The notes: generated from the letters alone by a model not told the origin. 64,000 bases of DNA from an uncultured Planctomycetia bacterium (GCA_964580675.1 CAZOLI010000009.1:7008-71007); one strand, 5' to 3'. Positions 28,545-39,162 are shown, counted from the stretch's first letter. A program made the numbers and translations.

Positions 28545-30101
28545 TCAGGACAGGAAACTCTTTGCCGCATCCCGGGCAAGTTTTTGAACGGGCTCCGGAA
28601 ACATGAAAAACCCGACAACCGCCGCAACAAGTACATAGGAAACCAGACGGTACGTGGGCAGGATTTTGGACGCATCCACATCAATCGTTTCCCCGTCCTC
28701 CGGCTGTTCAATATAAAGTGTTTTAAGGATTTTTACGTAATAGTAAAGAGAGACCACCGTGTTCAGCAGAGCGATGATCACAAGCCAGCGTAGGCCGGCC
28801 TGCTCCGCGCTAAGAAACAGGAGAAATTTCGCCATAAATCCTGCCGTTGGCGGCAGGCCGGTCAGAGAAAACAGAAAGACGGCCATCGGAATCGCCACGG
28901 CGTGAAGTTTCCAGCCCAATCCACTGTATTTTGATATGTCCTCCTCCCCGGTGGCGTCAATGAGACTAATGACACTGACGAAAATTCCGAGGTTCATGAT
29001 CATGTAGATAAATATATAAAACAGCATGCTTTCCAGTCCGCTCTGGGTAAGGGCCACGACCCCCATCAGGATATATCCGGCATGGGCGATACTGGAGTAC
29101 GCAAGGAGCCGTTTAATGTTGTCCTGCCAGAGGGCCGCAAGGTTGCCGATCGTCATGCTCAATACGGATACAGCCCCCAGCATTACGGACCAGTCCAGGC
29201 CCGTAATGTGCGTTACACTGGAAGGACCAACCTCGGCAAACCCGGTCCAGAACAAACGAACAAAGAAGGCAAGGCCGGCTGCTTTTGGCACGATGGAAAA
29301 AAGAGCAACGGCCGGTGTGGGAGCTCCCTGGTACACATCGGGCGTCCACATATGAAACGGAACAGCCGATATTTTAAAGCCGATACCGGCCAGGATAAGA
29401 AGCAGAATAACGGTCAGAGCCGCAAGTTCCATCGGGACCAGCTGAGCACCGTTCTGGAGGAAATATTGCTGAATCGCCGGGATATCCAGCTGTCCTCCCG
29501 TAAACCCGTACAGAAGAGAAAACCCAAAAAGCATGGCACCGGAGGCCACACTACCGTAAATGACGTACTTCAGGGATCCTTCCACCGAATCCCGCTCGGA
29601 TTTCATCGTTCCGGTGAGTACGTACTGAGGGATGCTCAGAAATTCAAAACTGAGCAGAATGACAATCAGGTTCTGGGAAGAACAGAGCAAACAGGCCGCC
29701 AGTGTAATGGACAGAATAAGTGAATAATATTCACCCTGACCCAGAAACGGGACTTCACTCTGACGCATCGAAAAAAGGGTGACGATAAACGCGCCCACGA
29801 AGAACACCGTTTTCATGTACAGCGTAAACTGATCCACCACAACCGTTCCCCCGAAGATCAATTCCCGATCTCCCACTCCGATTGTGCTGAAATCAACCAC
29901 AACCATCAAAAAACCGATTGTCAGGGTGAAGACCGTCAAATACGCACATTCCTGTTTGTTTCGAAGGTCCGACACCAGATCCCAGAATATCACCGCGAGC
30001 AGTCCGGCGAGGAGTACCAGTTCGGGATATATCAATTTCAGGGACTGGAAAATCTCGGTGATTGTAATCCCTTCGGGTTGTGGCACGATCAGATCTTCCA
30101 T
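28545..30101 (-). CDS. nuoN: NADH-quinone oxidoreductase subunit N
   Basis: GFKISAVPFHMWTPDVYQGAPTP, IKRLLAYSSIAHAGY; multi-TM. Confidence 0.95.
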   Translation of the reverse strand: MEDLIVPQPEGITITEIFQSLKLIYPELVLLAGLLAVIFWDLVSDLRNKQECAYLTVFTLTIGFLMVVVDFSTIGVGDRELIFGGTVVVDQFTLYMKTVFFVGAFIVTLFSMRQSEVPFLGQGEYYSLILSITLAACLLCSSQNLIVILLSFEFLSIPQYVLTGTMKSERDSVEGSLKYVIYGSVASGAMLFGFSLLYGFTGGQLDIPAIQQYFLQNGAQLVPMELAALTVILLLILAGIGFKISAVPFHMWTPDVYQGAPTPAVALFSIVPKAAGLAFFVRLFWTGFAEVGPSSVTHITGLDWSVMLGAVSVLSMTIGNLAALWQDNIKRLLAYSSIAHAGYILMGVVALTQSGLESMLFYIFIYMIMNLGIFVSVISLIDATGEEDISKYSGLGWKLHAVAIPMAVFLFSLTGLPPTAGFMAKFLLFLSAEQAGLRWLVIIALLNTVVSLYYYVKILKTLYIEQPEDGETIDVDASKILPTYRLVSYVLVAAVVGFFMFPEPVQKLARDAAKSFLS

Positions 30102-30137
30102 CTCTTTGTTACCTTCCGTAGGCAATAAAAGCGTTCA

Positions 30138-31670
30138 TTACTGAATAACGCCCTGAAGATGAATAATGGCCTCGTTCATCAGGTTGATGATCGGCATTGG
30201 ATACACCCCGAAAAAGATTGTTATGGCAAGAAGCGGGGTCAGCGCAAACAGTTCACGAAGGTTCATCGGTTCAATTCCTTCGTACTTGGGGTTAAGGGGA
30301 CCGAGAAACACCCGCTGAATGGTCCAGAGGCAGTATCCGGCACTAATGAGGATTCCGGCGAGGGAAAGTATCGTTATCAGGGGGAATTTCTGATAAGCCC
30401 CGATGAAACACAGCACTTCACCAACGAAGCTGATCAACCCGGGCAGTCCCAGGGCAGCGAAGAACGTAACGCTGGAATAGCCAAAATACAACGGCATCTC
30501 CGAGCCGAGTCCACCGTATCCCTCAATTTCGCGGTGATGCGTCCGGTCGTATACGATACCAACACAGAGAAACATAAGGGGACTCACAATGCCGTGGGCA
30601 ACCATGACGAACATCGCCCCAACCAGACCGGCTTCCACACCCGACGCGATGCCCAGAAGGGCAATTCCCATGTGACTGATGCTTGAATACGCCACAAGTT
30701 TTTTGAAATCAGCCTGGGCCAGTGCACATAACCCCCCATAAATGATGTTCACCATGCCAAGCAGGGCAATGGGAGCCATGTATTGGCCGAACACTTCCGG
30801 AAAGAAACCGAGGTTCATCCGAAACATGCCGTACAGGCCCATCTTCAGCAGTATACCGGCCAGAATAACGCTGATGGGGGTCGGGGCTTCCACGTGTGCG
30901 TCCGGAAGCCATGTATGAAACGGGAAGACCGGAACTTTTATCGCAAAAGCAACGAACAACCCAAGAAACAGGAGACTTTTAACGGCCCCGGACATACCGG
31001 CGAATATGCCGGTGGTCACTTCCGCGTACGCCAGCAGATGTCGGATGTTGAATGGATTCAGCTCCGTTCCGGCCCCGAACGAAGCCCCGGCCGGAAACGT
31101 AACGCCGTCCAGACGAAAGTATACCACCAGGACAAAAAGAAGCAGAAAAATGCTGCCAAACAACGTGTAAAGAAAGAATTTGATGGCTGCGTATTCCCGG
31201 CGTTCCCCGCCCCAGATACCAATGAGGAAATACATCGGCAACAGCATCACTTCCCAGAACACGTAAAACAGGAAGAGGTCAAGGGCAACGAAAACGCCCA
31301 TCATGCCCACGTGAAGAAGGAGGAACAGACTGAAATACCCTTTCACGGACTTCTCAATTTTGAGCGAGGCGATAACGGCCACAAAGGATATCAGGGCCGT
31401 AAGGATCGCCAGTGGTGCACTGATGCCGTCTACCCCCACGTGATACTGGATGCCAAACGTGCCAATCCAGTCCACCTGCTGAATAAACTGAAAGCCATTT
31501 GCGGCCGTATTAAAATTCATCCATAGGTAGATGCCCGCAAGCAGTGGAACGGCCGTTGAGACAAGCGCCATTCCTTTCACGACCTGATCCCGTCCACGGG
31601 GGGTCAGCAAAATACCGATCATCCCGAGCACGGGAAAAAACACCATGATTGTCAGTATCCAGGTATCCAT
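30138..31670 (-). CDS. nuoM: NADH-quinone oxidoreductase subunit M
   Basis: GVDGIS, FYVFWEVML, IKVPVFPFHTWLPDAHVEAPT, LLKMG. Confidence 0.96.
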   Translation of the reverse strand: MDTWILTIMVFFPVLGMIGILLTPRGRDQVVKGMALVSTAVPLLAGIYLWMNFNTAANGFQFIQQVDWIGTFGIQYHVGVDGISAPLAILTALISFVAVIASLKIEKSVKGYFSLFLLLHVGMMGVFVALDLFLFYVFWEVMLLPMYFLIGIWGGERREYAAIKFFLYTLFGSIFLLLFVLVVYFRLDGVTFPAGASFGAGTELNPFNIRHLLAYAEVTTGIFAGMSGAVKSLLFLGLFVAFAIKVPVFPFHTWLPDAHVEAPTPISVILAGILLKMGLYGMFRMNLGFFPEVFGQYMAPIALLGMVNIIYGGLCALAQADFKKLVAYSSISHMGIALLGIASGVEAGLVGAMFVMVAHGIVSPLMFLCVGIVYDRTHHREIEGYGGLGSEMPLYFGYSSVTFFAALGLPGLISFVGEVLCFIGAYQKFPLITILSLAGILISAGYCLWTIQRVFLGPLNPKYEGIEPMNLRELFALTPLLAITIFFGVYPMPIINLMNEAIIHLQGVIQ

Positions 31671-34225
31671 TATTCTCCCATTAAACCGAATTTAACCCAT
31701 TGAGCTAATTTTTTTCCGAACAGAGCGCACAGGGCGAGAAATCCACCGACGGCAAGCACAACGGTTAACATGCCCTGCGGCTCAACAACAGATTCTCGAA
31801 TAAACCGCCAGAGGTAATCCCAGCCCGTCCCCCCGGTCCCCCAGTCAAGGAACAGGAACGTGAAGACCACAAGCACAAGAACACCGGTCGCAATCATGCC
31901 CAGGTACGCTCGAATTCGTCCGGTCTGGGGACTTCTTGCCACGTTTCCGGCTTCGCTTACCCCGTCGGCCGTGTAATTCACCACCCCGTCCACAATATTG
32001 TCGTCCGTCCAGCGGGAGTAGGTCGAGGAACTAAGAACAAATCGTGCGGCACCATCCACAATTGAATCAATGATCCGAAGATCCACCGCATCCGCGAGGA
32101 ATCGAGAAAAGGAAAGGGCGGGAAGTACCAGCCCCCCGTACACCAGTTCGTTTATGTAATACTTCCGTTCCAGAAGGTGATACAGAGGAGCGAAGGTGTT
32201 CGATATGGTTTTCGGTTCCACCAATTTCATCGGTTCCCAGTACAGCAAGCCGGCGCCGCCGATGCCAATGATGACCACAAACAGGGAAAGCCCCAGCGTA
32301 TAATTATGAGCTTCTTTTTCCAGTTCACCGTGACCTCCGTGGCCCTTTCCGTGCCCTTTCTTTTTTGCTCCCGACGTATCGTGTTTCTCCTTCTGATCGT
32401 GATGGTCCGTTCCTCCGGAATTTTGATTGTTCTTCGCGGACTCGTGACCGGACGACTCACCCTGGTTTTCGGCCGTTTGATGGTCTTTTCCGTGGGATAT
32501 GCCCGCATCAGCACCCATCATTGCGGCAACCGAACCACCGTGTGCGCGAATTTTCTCCCGAGTGGGTTTCTCAAGACCCACATTGCTCTTCTCAAACCAC
32601 GTGGAGGATCCTATCGGATTTGGCCCGATAACGAAGAAGAACGAGAGGGCGGCAAGAACCGTAAGTGGAACGACCATGTTGTTCGGTGATTCATGGGCGT
32701 GCTCATAGGCTTCCTCGTCCCGCGGTTCACCGAAGAACGTGAGGAACATCAGACGGAACATGTAAAATGCCGTGAGGACCGCGGCACCAAACCCAAACAC
32801 AGGCAGCAACCAGTCAATAATCCCCCCCGCCGGCACCAGACCGGCCGCGTTTCCCTCCATGGCCGACAACAGGGTTTCAAAAAGAATCTTGTCTTTTGTA
32901 ATAAATCCGCTAAAGAGGGGTACACCCGAAATGGAAAGGGTGGCAATCATCATCGTGGCAAACGTCCACGGCATCGCTTTCCGCAATCCCCCCATTTCCC
33001 ACATATCATTCGTGTGGACCGCGTGAATCACACTTCCCGAACAGAGGAAGAGAAGGGCCTTGAAATACGCATGGGTATACAGGTGTGAAAAACCCGCCAG
33101 CCAGCCGCCGACCCCCAGGGCCAGTATCATATACCCAAGCTGACTGATTGTGGAGTACGCGAGAACACGCTTGATCCCGTCCGCCACCAGAGCCATTGTT
33201 GCGGCGAAAAAGGCGGTAAACCCACCAACCAGCGCTATGAACACCAGGGCTTCTTTCGTGAAGAAGGGAAACAACCGGGCGACCAGATACACACCGGCGG
33301 CGACCATCGTTGCCGCGTGAATAAGCGCGGAGACCGGCGTGGGACCTTCCATGGCGTCCGGCAACCAGATATGAAGAGGAAACTGGGCCGATTTCCCGAC
33401 GGCTCCCATAAATAGACCGATACCGGCAATGGTCCAGACCTGATGACCACTCAGGGAAAAGAGCGTGTAATCCGTCATTCCGGCACCCAGTTTTGAGAAT
33501 TCAAAGGTGAAATCCAGTGACGAAAATCCACCGGTTGGTTCGGCCGCCGCCACTGCCTGAAACAATTCGTGATAATTCATCACACCAAGGTGCATAACAA
33601 CAAGAAGTATGCCTATGAACATGCCAATATCCCCCACTCTTGTCGTGAGGAACGCCTTGATGCTCGCCTTGGCCGGACCGAGGTCCCTGCTTTCGAACCA
33701 GAAACCGATCAGCAGATATGAACAGAGCCCCACAAGTTCCCAGAATATGTAGAGCCCAAAAATGTTGTCCACGAGGATCAACCCCAGCATGGAGAACGTA
33801 AACAGGTTCAGAAAAGCAAAGAACCGGGGATACTTATCATCACCCTCCATGTAGCCCACCGAGTACAGGTGAACGAGAAACGAAACAAGCGTAACCACAA
33901 ACAGCATAATGATGGTTACGTGGTCCACGAGGAATCCCAGGTCCAGGGATCCCAGAAACACATTACCGTCATCCGCCGAAACAATCCCCGCGGGCACCCA
34001 CGTAAAGGACGCCGTTTTCATGATGGTTCCGTCACCGGTAACCATCTGGGTGAAAAACAGCATGCTCAACAGGAAGGAAATGCCGACCGCCCCAATGGAA
34101 ACCCAATCTCCCTCTCGGGGAAGGTATCGACCGATAAATATCTGGACGGTAAACCCCGCGAGGGGAGCGAGCCAGAGCAGAAGCACAAACCAAACCCAGT
34201 TCGTTGAAGACAGTATCTCGGTCAT
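31670..34225 (-). CDS. nuoL: NADH-quinone oxidoreductase subunit L (with His/Gly-rich insertion)
   Basis: FWELVGLCSYLLIGFW, GKSAQFPLHIWLPDAMEGPTPVSALIHAATMV, SPQTGRIRAY. Confidence 0.96.
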   Translation of the reverse strand: MTEILSSTNWVWFVLLLWLAPLAGFTVQIFIGRYLPREGDWVSIGAVGISFLLSMLFFTQMVTGDGTIMKTASFTWVPAGIVSADDGNVFLGSLDLGFLVDHVTIIMLFVVTLVSFLVHLYSVGYMEGDDKYPRFFAFLNLFTFSMLGLILVDNIFGLYIFWELVGLCSYLLIGFWFESRDLGPAKASIKAFLTTRVGDIGMFIGILLVVMHLGVMNYHELFQAVAAAEPTGGFSSLDFTFEFSKLGAGMTDYTLFSLSGHQVWTIAGIGLFMGAVGKSAQFPLHIWLPDAMEGPTPVSALIHAATMVAAGVYLVARLFPFFTKEALVFIALVGGFTAFFAATMALVADGIKRVLAYSTISQLGYMILALGVGGWLAGFSHLYTHAYFKALLFLCSGSVIHAVHTNDMWEMGGLRKAMPWTFATMMIATLSISGVPLFSGFITKDKILFETLLSAMEGNAAGLVPAGGIIDWLLPVFGFGAAVLTAFYMFRLMFLTFFGEPRDEEAYEHAHESPNNMVVPLTVLAALSFFFVIGPNPIGSSTWFEKSNVGLEKPTREKIRAHGGSVAAMMGADAGISHGKDHQTAENQGESSGHESAKNNQNSGGTDHHDQKEKHDTSGAKKKGHGKGHGGHGELEKEAHNYTLGLSLFVVIIGIGGAGLLYWEPMKLVEPKTISNTFAPLYHLLERKYYINELVYGGLVLPALSFSRFLADAVDLRIIDSIVDGAARFVLSSSTYSRWTDDNIVDGVVNYTADGVSEAGNVARSPQTGRIRAYLGMIATGVLVLVVFTFLFLDWGTGGTGWDYLWRFIRESVVEPQGMLTVVLAVGGFLALCALFGKKLAQWVKFGLMGE

Positions 34226-34542
34226 CCTTTTAGCTCGTCCGTTTCATCCACGTCGATGACTTCGAATCGCCTGTATATCTGAAGAACGATCGCCAGAGCG
34301 ACCGCTGCTTCGGCGGCGGCAAGAACAATAATAAACACCGCAAACACATGTCCTTCCCACCAGTTCGGACTGTACCGGGCAAACGCAATAAGATTGACGT
34401 TGGCAGAATTCAGCACCAGTTCCACCCCCATAAGAACGGCTATGGCGTTCTTCCGGGTGACCAGGTTAAACAGACCAAGACCAAAAAGAAGCACCCCGAT
34501 AACGAGGAAATGCTTCAGGGTTATGTCAAACACACCACTCAT
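34222..34542 (-). CDS. nuoK: NADH-quinone oxidoreductase subunit K
   Basis: LMGVELVLNSANVN, AAAEAAVALAI. Confidence 0.96.
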   Translation of the reverse strand: MSGVFDITLKHFLVIGVLLFGLGLFNLVTRKNAIAVLMGVELVLNSANVNLIAFARYSPNWWEGHVFAVFIIVLAAAEAAVALAIVLQIYRRFEVIDVDETDELKG

Positions 34543-35252
34543 GATTTTTCCTCCAGTTCTTTCGCCGCTTCCCGAGCCTCCTCAAGTTCTTTCGGTTTGC
34601 GCCGTCTCGCCAGATACGCCGCACCGAGCAGTGCCACGAGAAGCAACATGGAAATTTCCTCGAATGCCAGCAAATACTTCCCCATCATGGAACGACCGAT
34701 ATAGTCAACGGTTCCAAAAGAATCTCCCCCCTCCTCACCATTTGATTTCTCCTGGTCCGACGCCTGGCCGGTCTCCGATCCATCCTTCGTTTCAGCTTGC
34801 TTTTCCCGGTATTTCTCCGCCGTTTTCTCCGGGTATCCCGACTCGTGTTCGGCAAACAGATTTGGGTTCCGTCCCTGTTTCGAAAACCGGCTTTGCCAAT
34901 CCACGCCCAGGACAACCACAAGTAGTAACCCGGTAAGAACCACGGGAATGGTTTTGGCAAAGAGGGACCCGGTAACTTCATTTGGCACCTTCACCTCCCC
35001 GATCCGTCTGGTAAGCATGATGCCGAACAGAATAAGGACGAGAATACCCCCAACGTATACAACAATCTGTATACCGGCAACAAAGTCCGCATGAGCATAC
35101 ACGAAAAGCCCGGCCACCCCTAACAGAGAGAACAGTAGTCCCATGGCCGAATACACCAGGTTCCGTGCGCGCGCCACCACCAGTCCCGATCCGAGCGCAA
35201 TGGCGGCCAGCACGTAAAAAATCAGGCCATGAAGTATCTTTGCTGCGTCCAT
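34539..35252 (-). CDS. nuoJ: NADH-quinone oxidoreductase subunit J
   Basis: FVAGIQIVVYVGGILVLILF, LLAFEEISMLLLVALLGA. Confidence 0.93.
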   Translation of the reverse strand: MDAAKILHGLIFYVLAAIALGSGLVVARARNLVYSAMGLLFSLLGVAGLFVYAHADFVAGIQIVVYVGGILVLILFGIMLTRRIGEVKVPNEVTGSLFAKTIPVVLTGLLLVVVLGVDWQSRFSKQGRNPNLFAEHESGYPEKTAEKYREKQAETKDGSETGQASDQEKSNGEEGGDSFGTVDYIGRSMMGKYLLAFEEISMLLLVALLGAAYLARRRKPKELEEAREAAKELEEKS

Positions 35253-35282
35253 CAATTCCTCCGGTGATCCAATTCAGCGCGA

Positions 35283-36413
35283 TTAAAAGAGTCCAGCATC
35301 AAAATACACCTCAAGTATGCCCACAAAGGCAAGGTTCACGAACGAAATCGGGATAAGTACTTTCCAGCAGAGACTCATCAATTGATCCACCCTGTACCTT
35401 GGAAGCGTCCACCGCATGAACATCATGACCAGCACAAAGAAGTATCCTTTTACCAGAAACCAGACAAGCCCTTCAAGGATGGGCAAATACGTACCGGAAA
35501 GGATGGTTCCGGGATACGGCGGTTGCCAGCCACCGAGAAAGAGAATGCTCGTCATCACGCCCACCAGAAACATGTTTGCGTATTCCGCCATGAAAAAGAA
35601 CCCGAACCGCATTCCCGTGTATTCCGTGTGGAAACCACCGACGAGTTCCGATTCGGATTCCGGAAGGTCAAAGGGAGCACGATTCACTTCGGCCACGCCC
35701 GCAATGAAGAAAATAAGAAACATGACCGGCGTAAAGGGGATGTACCAGAAGAGAAACCAGTTGTAAAACCAACCCTGCTGCCGGGCAATGATTTCGTTCA
35801 GGTTCAGACTTCCCATAACCATCACCACGGCGAGAAACGTGATACCGGCCGGAAGTTCATAGGAAACAATCTGGGCAGCTGACCGCATGGCCCCGTAGAG
35901 AGACCATTTGTTCCCGGACGACCAACCGGCCAGCAAAATGCCGATCACACCCACGCTCAGCACCCCGAGCACATAAAGTGCTCCGATGTTCATGTCGGCC
36001 CCGTACACGCCATCGGAAATCGGAATCACGGCAAAGACGGGAAACGATCCGGCAAACACAATATAGGGAGACAGTTTGAACAGAGGCTTATCGGCCGCCT
36101 CCGGTATAATGTCCTCCTTCAGAATCAACTTTATCCCGTCGGCCATAAACTGGAATAAACCGAAGGCCCAGATTTTAATATTGGTGAAGGGGATCCGAAT
36201 ATGGATCTCACTCGGCCCGATTCGCTGTTGTATATCGGCGGCAACTTTTCGTTCCAGATACGTTGATATACCGGCCAGGTTCGCAACAATTCCCAGCACG
36301 AGCAAACAGTACCAGAGCATCAGGGGGATGTAAAGAAGAGCCGGATCCATCCCCTGAAACAGCTCAAATGATTCGGTGAGGACGTTTATGATTTGATCGT
36401 AGTAACCGGTCAT
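35283..36413 (-). CDS. nuoH: NADH-quinone oxidoreductase subunit H
   Basis: YLERKVAADIQQRIGP, ADGIKLILKE, AQIVSYE, NRAPFDLPESESELVGGFHTEY. Confidence 0.96.
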   Translation of the reverse strand: MTGYYDQIINVLTESFELFQGMDPALLYIPLMLWYCLLVLGIVANLAGISTYLERKVAADIQQRIGPSEIHIRIPFTNIKIWAFGLFQFMADGIKLILKEDIIPEAADKPLFKLSPYIVFAGSFPVFAVIPISDGVYGADMNIGALYVLGVLSVGVIGILLAGWSSGNKWSLYGAMRSAAQIVSYELPAGITFLAVVMVMGSLNLNEIIARQQGWFYNWFLFWYIPFTPVMFLIFFIAGVAEVNRAPFDLPESESELVGGFHTEYTGMRFGFFFMAEYANMFLVGVMTSILFLGGWQPPYPGTILSGTYLPILEGLVWFLVKGYFFVLVMMFMRWTLPRYRVDQLMSLCWKVLIPISFVNLAFVGILEVYFDAGLF

Positions 36414-36416
36414 GGC

Positions 36417-36929
36417 TTATTCCACAGGATCCTGCTCTTCAGCTGAATCTATTCGCACCCCGGCCGTCTCCTTGAGTTGCCCTTTCTCCTCTTTGAGAAT
36501 ACCTTCTTCCATTTTGATCTCTTTTGCCAGCACACCCTTCTGCTCCCGTTCCTCAACAGGTTTCTCGGGCAAACCAACCCATTCCAGGTCCCCTTTCGCC
36601 CAGGAATAAACCAGGCCAAACAGGAGAATGCCCACGAAAATAAACATCTTGACAAGGCCCACCATCCCCGTATCCGAAAACGTAACCGCCCAGGGAAACA
36701 GCATCGCAATTTCAACTTCAAATATAAGGAAAATCAGTGCGATTACGTAAAATCGGATATTAAAATGAACGTAGGACGTTCCGATCGGGTCCTCCCCGCA
36801 TTCATATGAAATGGTCTTTTCGGGTGTCGGATTGTCCGGACGCAGGATGCTCCCCACCGTGATAATCGCGAGGAGAAAGAGCATTCCCACGATTAAGAAA
36901 AGCAGCGCGTTTGAAAAGTGATAAAGCAT
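36417..36929 (-). CDS. nuoA: NADH-quinone oxidoreductase subunit A
   Basis: KTISYECG, NIRFYVIALIFLIFEVE, WAKGDLEW; charged C-terminal extension. Confidence 0.94.
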   Translation of the reverse strand: MLYHFSNALLFLIVGMLFLLAIITVGSILRPDNPTPEKTISYECGEDPIGTSYVHFNIRFYVIALIFLIFEVEIAMLFPWAVTFSDTGMVGLVKMFIFVGILLFGLVYSWAKGDLEWVGLPEKPVEEREQKGVLAKEIKMEEGILKEEKGQLKETAGVRIDSAEEQDPVE

Positions 36930-37145
36930 CGTTGACGACCGGCACCCGGCGACGATCAAGTTATCTGAATACCGGGCCGTTCGTGGTGAAATGGAGAAAC
37001 CTTCTCAATAAATTTTTGGTTCATTATAATGAGGAGAAATACAATAGTCAAGGACGGAACGGACGGGGGAATCCAATTCTGAATTCGCCGGACATTCTGT
37101 CCAACCTCCACAATCAACCTCAAGGTGTTCCCGTTGGAAATAACC

Positions 37146-37877
37146 CTATCGTTTGGCCTTCAGATACCGTCGAAGTTTCTCCCGGATCTCCTTCGTCGGA
37201 AAATGCCTTCCCGGGGAATCCGTGTAACCGGGGCGCCACTCATTCGCCCCCTTCACCTTTTCGGAGGGAATGCCAAAATGATGACAGAGCCTTCGAAGGA
37301 GCTGGACCAGGGAAACCAGCTGGGATCTATTCGGTCGGTTTTTGTTAAAATTCCCCACCAGGCAGATGCCGATCGCCCGCCGGTCAATGTTCTTTTTTCC
37401 TGTTTGTGGACCCGGCTTCCTTCGCTTCCATCGGATGGTCTCCCGTACCCGACCATTGGTCATGCCGTTTCCATTGCCGATCACAAAATGATATTTGACG
37501 CCGCCGGGAATCTCCAGTTCCTCCCGGTGATATCGATCAAAACCCTCCACGGATCCTCCGTCCGTCCCGCTGTGGTGGATCACAATTCGTCTCCACCTGT
37601 TCCGTCCGGAGGATGCCGGATCCGCACCGTCCGCCTTCTCCTGGTTCGGATCCGAATTCTTGGATGTTCCGGCTTCCGAATTTGTTCCGCTGTCCTTCGC
37701 CGACTCCTGACCTGAACCGGATCGCTCCCTGAGGTTATTAGCAACCCGGGAAACGACCTCTCGCACATTCTCCATCGTGCCGGTATACGGGTCCTCACCC
37801 GTCAGGAACAGGTGTCCGGCAAGATACACGGCCGCAACAGTTGCCACACAGAGAAGCAAATCCAGTACGCGAAGCAT
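37146..37877 (-). CDS. Membrane-anchored Amidase_2/PGRP-fold protein, possibly non-catalytic
   Basis: N-terminal TM, WRRIVIHHSG, YHFVIGNG, IGICLVGNF. The distal Zn-ligand region is degenerate (GANE...TDSPG). Confidence 0.8.
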   Translation of the reverse strand: MLRVLDLLLCVATVAAVYLAGHLFLTGEDPYTGTMENVREVVSRVANNLRERSGSGQESAKDSGTNSEAGTSKNSDPNQEKADGADPASSGRNRWRRIVIHHSGTDGGSVEGFDRYHREELEIPGGVKYHFVIGNGNGMTNGRVRETIRWKRRKPGPQTGKKNIDRRAIGICLVGNFNKNRPNRSQLVSLVQLLRRLCHHFGIPSEKVKGANEWRPGYTDSPGRHFPTKEIREKLRRYLKAKR

Positions 37878-38007
37878 AACATCCTGCGTAAATCCAAGAC
37901 ATCAACATGCTAAAAAGCCTCACCTCACCTGCACTATATACCATCGACGCACGAACGGAAAAAAATTCACGAAACGGACGGACGCCTTTCCCGTTAGAAG
38001 GCCCACG

Positions 38008-39162
38008 TCAATGCAACCCGGTTTCGTTCGAGAACAAACGAATTACGTTTTGAACGGTTCCCCGCAGCAACTCATCCGCGTTTTCCCTGCACTCGTCAAG
38101 GGTGGAGGGCCCATGGGCGACGGAAAACAGGGCGGTTACTCCTTCCTGGTAAAAAGAGGAATATTCCGGGGACGACGAAACAGGAATTCGGCCACTGAAT
38201 AGAAGACACGGCGTTCCGTGTTTTTTCGCCAGGCGGGCAACGGATACGGCGGCCTTTCCCTCCAGACTCGACGCGTCAAGAGCTCCTTCTCCCGTAAGAA
38301 CCAGGTCCGCCCTGTTCACGGATGATTCCAGGTTCAATTTGTCAAATACGATCTCGACACCCGGCCTGAGTTCCGCGTCGAGAAAGGCAAACAACCCCGC
38401 TCCCAAACCACCCGCTGCCCCCGCTCCTTCAAGATCCGAGACATCCCTGTCCAGCTCTTCCCGCAGGAGGTTCTGAAACGAAGCAAGGTTCTCCTCCAGT
38501 ACCTCCACGTCCTCCGGAGAAGCTCCTTTCTGCGGACCGTACACCCTCGCCGCTCCATTTTCTCCGATCAGAGGATTCCGAACATCACAGGCGCAGGTAA
38601 TGGTTGTCTCCCGCAACGCCGGCATGACCTCATCCGTTTCAATCCGGTGAATCCGATGAAGGGCCCCTCCGCCTCCCGTAACTTCGTCCCCGTTCTCGTC
38701 CAGAAACCGGTAGCCGAGTTTCCTCGCCATACCGGTCCCGCCATCGACGGTCGCGCTTCCCCCGATTCCCACGATCACGTGGTCACAACCTTCCTCAATG
38801 GCAGCCCGAATAAGCTCTCCGGTGCCCGCCGTTGTGGTATGAAGCGGATCATACTCGTCCCGGGACAGTAGCGTAAGACCCGATGCCCTGGCCATTTCCA
38901 CAATAGCCGTTCGCGAGTCACCGAGGATACCAAATTCCGCATGCACATCGCGACCGAGTGGCCCTTCCACCTTTTTCTCCACCGTTCGACCGCCAGTCGC
39001 ATGTACCAGGGCATTGAGCGTACCATCTCCACCGTCCGCCACCGGTTTCTCAATTAGCTCATGGCCGTTACTTATTTCCTGAATGGCCTCCACCATAACG
39101 GAGGCGGCCCGGCCAGCCGTCAGCGATCCTTTAAAGGCAGTTGGGGAAATTAATATTTCCAT
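38008..39162 (-). CDS. glxK: Glycerate kinase (GlxK/GarK family)
   Basis: PTAFKGSL, VADGGDGT, GIGGSATVDGG, GAAGGLG, TGEGALD. Confidence 0.93.
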   Translation of the reverse strand: MEILISPTAFKGSLTAGRAASVMVEAIQEISNGHELIEKPVADGGDGTLNALVHATGGRTVEKKVEGPLGRDVHAEFGILGDSRTAIVEMARASGLTLLSRDEYDPLHTTTAGTGELIRAAIEEGCDHVIVGIGGSATVDGGTGMARKLGYRFLDENGDEVTGGGGALHRIHRIETDEVMPALRETTITCACDVRNPLIGENGAARVYGPQKGASPEDVEVLEENLASFQNLLREELDRDVSDLEGAGAAGGLGAGLFAFLDAELRPGVEIVFDKLNLESSVNRADLVLTGEGALDASSLEGKAAVSVARLAKKHGTPCLLFSGRIPVSSSPEYSSFYQEGVTALFSVAHGPSTLDECRENADELLRGTVQNVIRLFSNETGLH

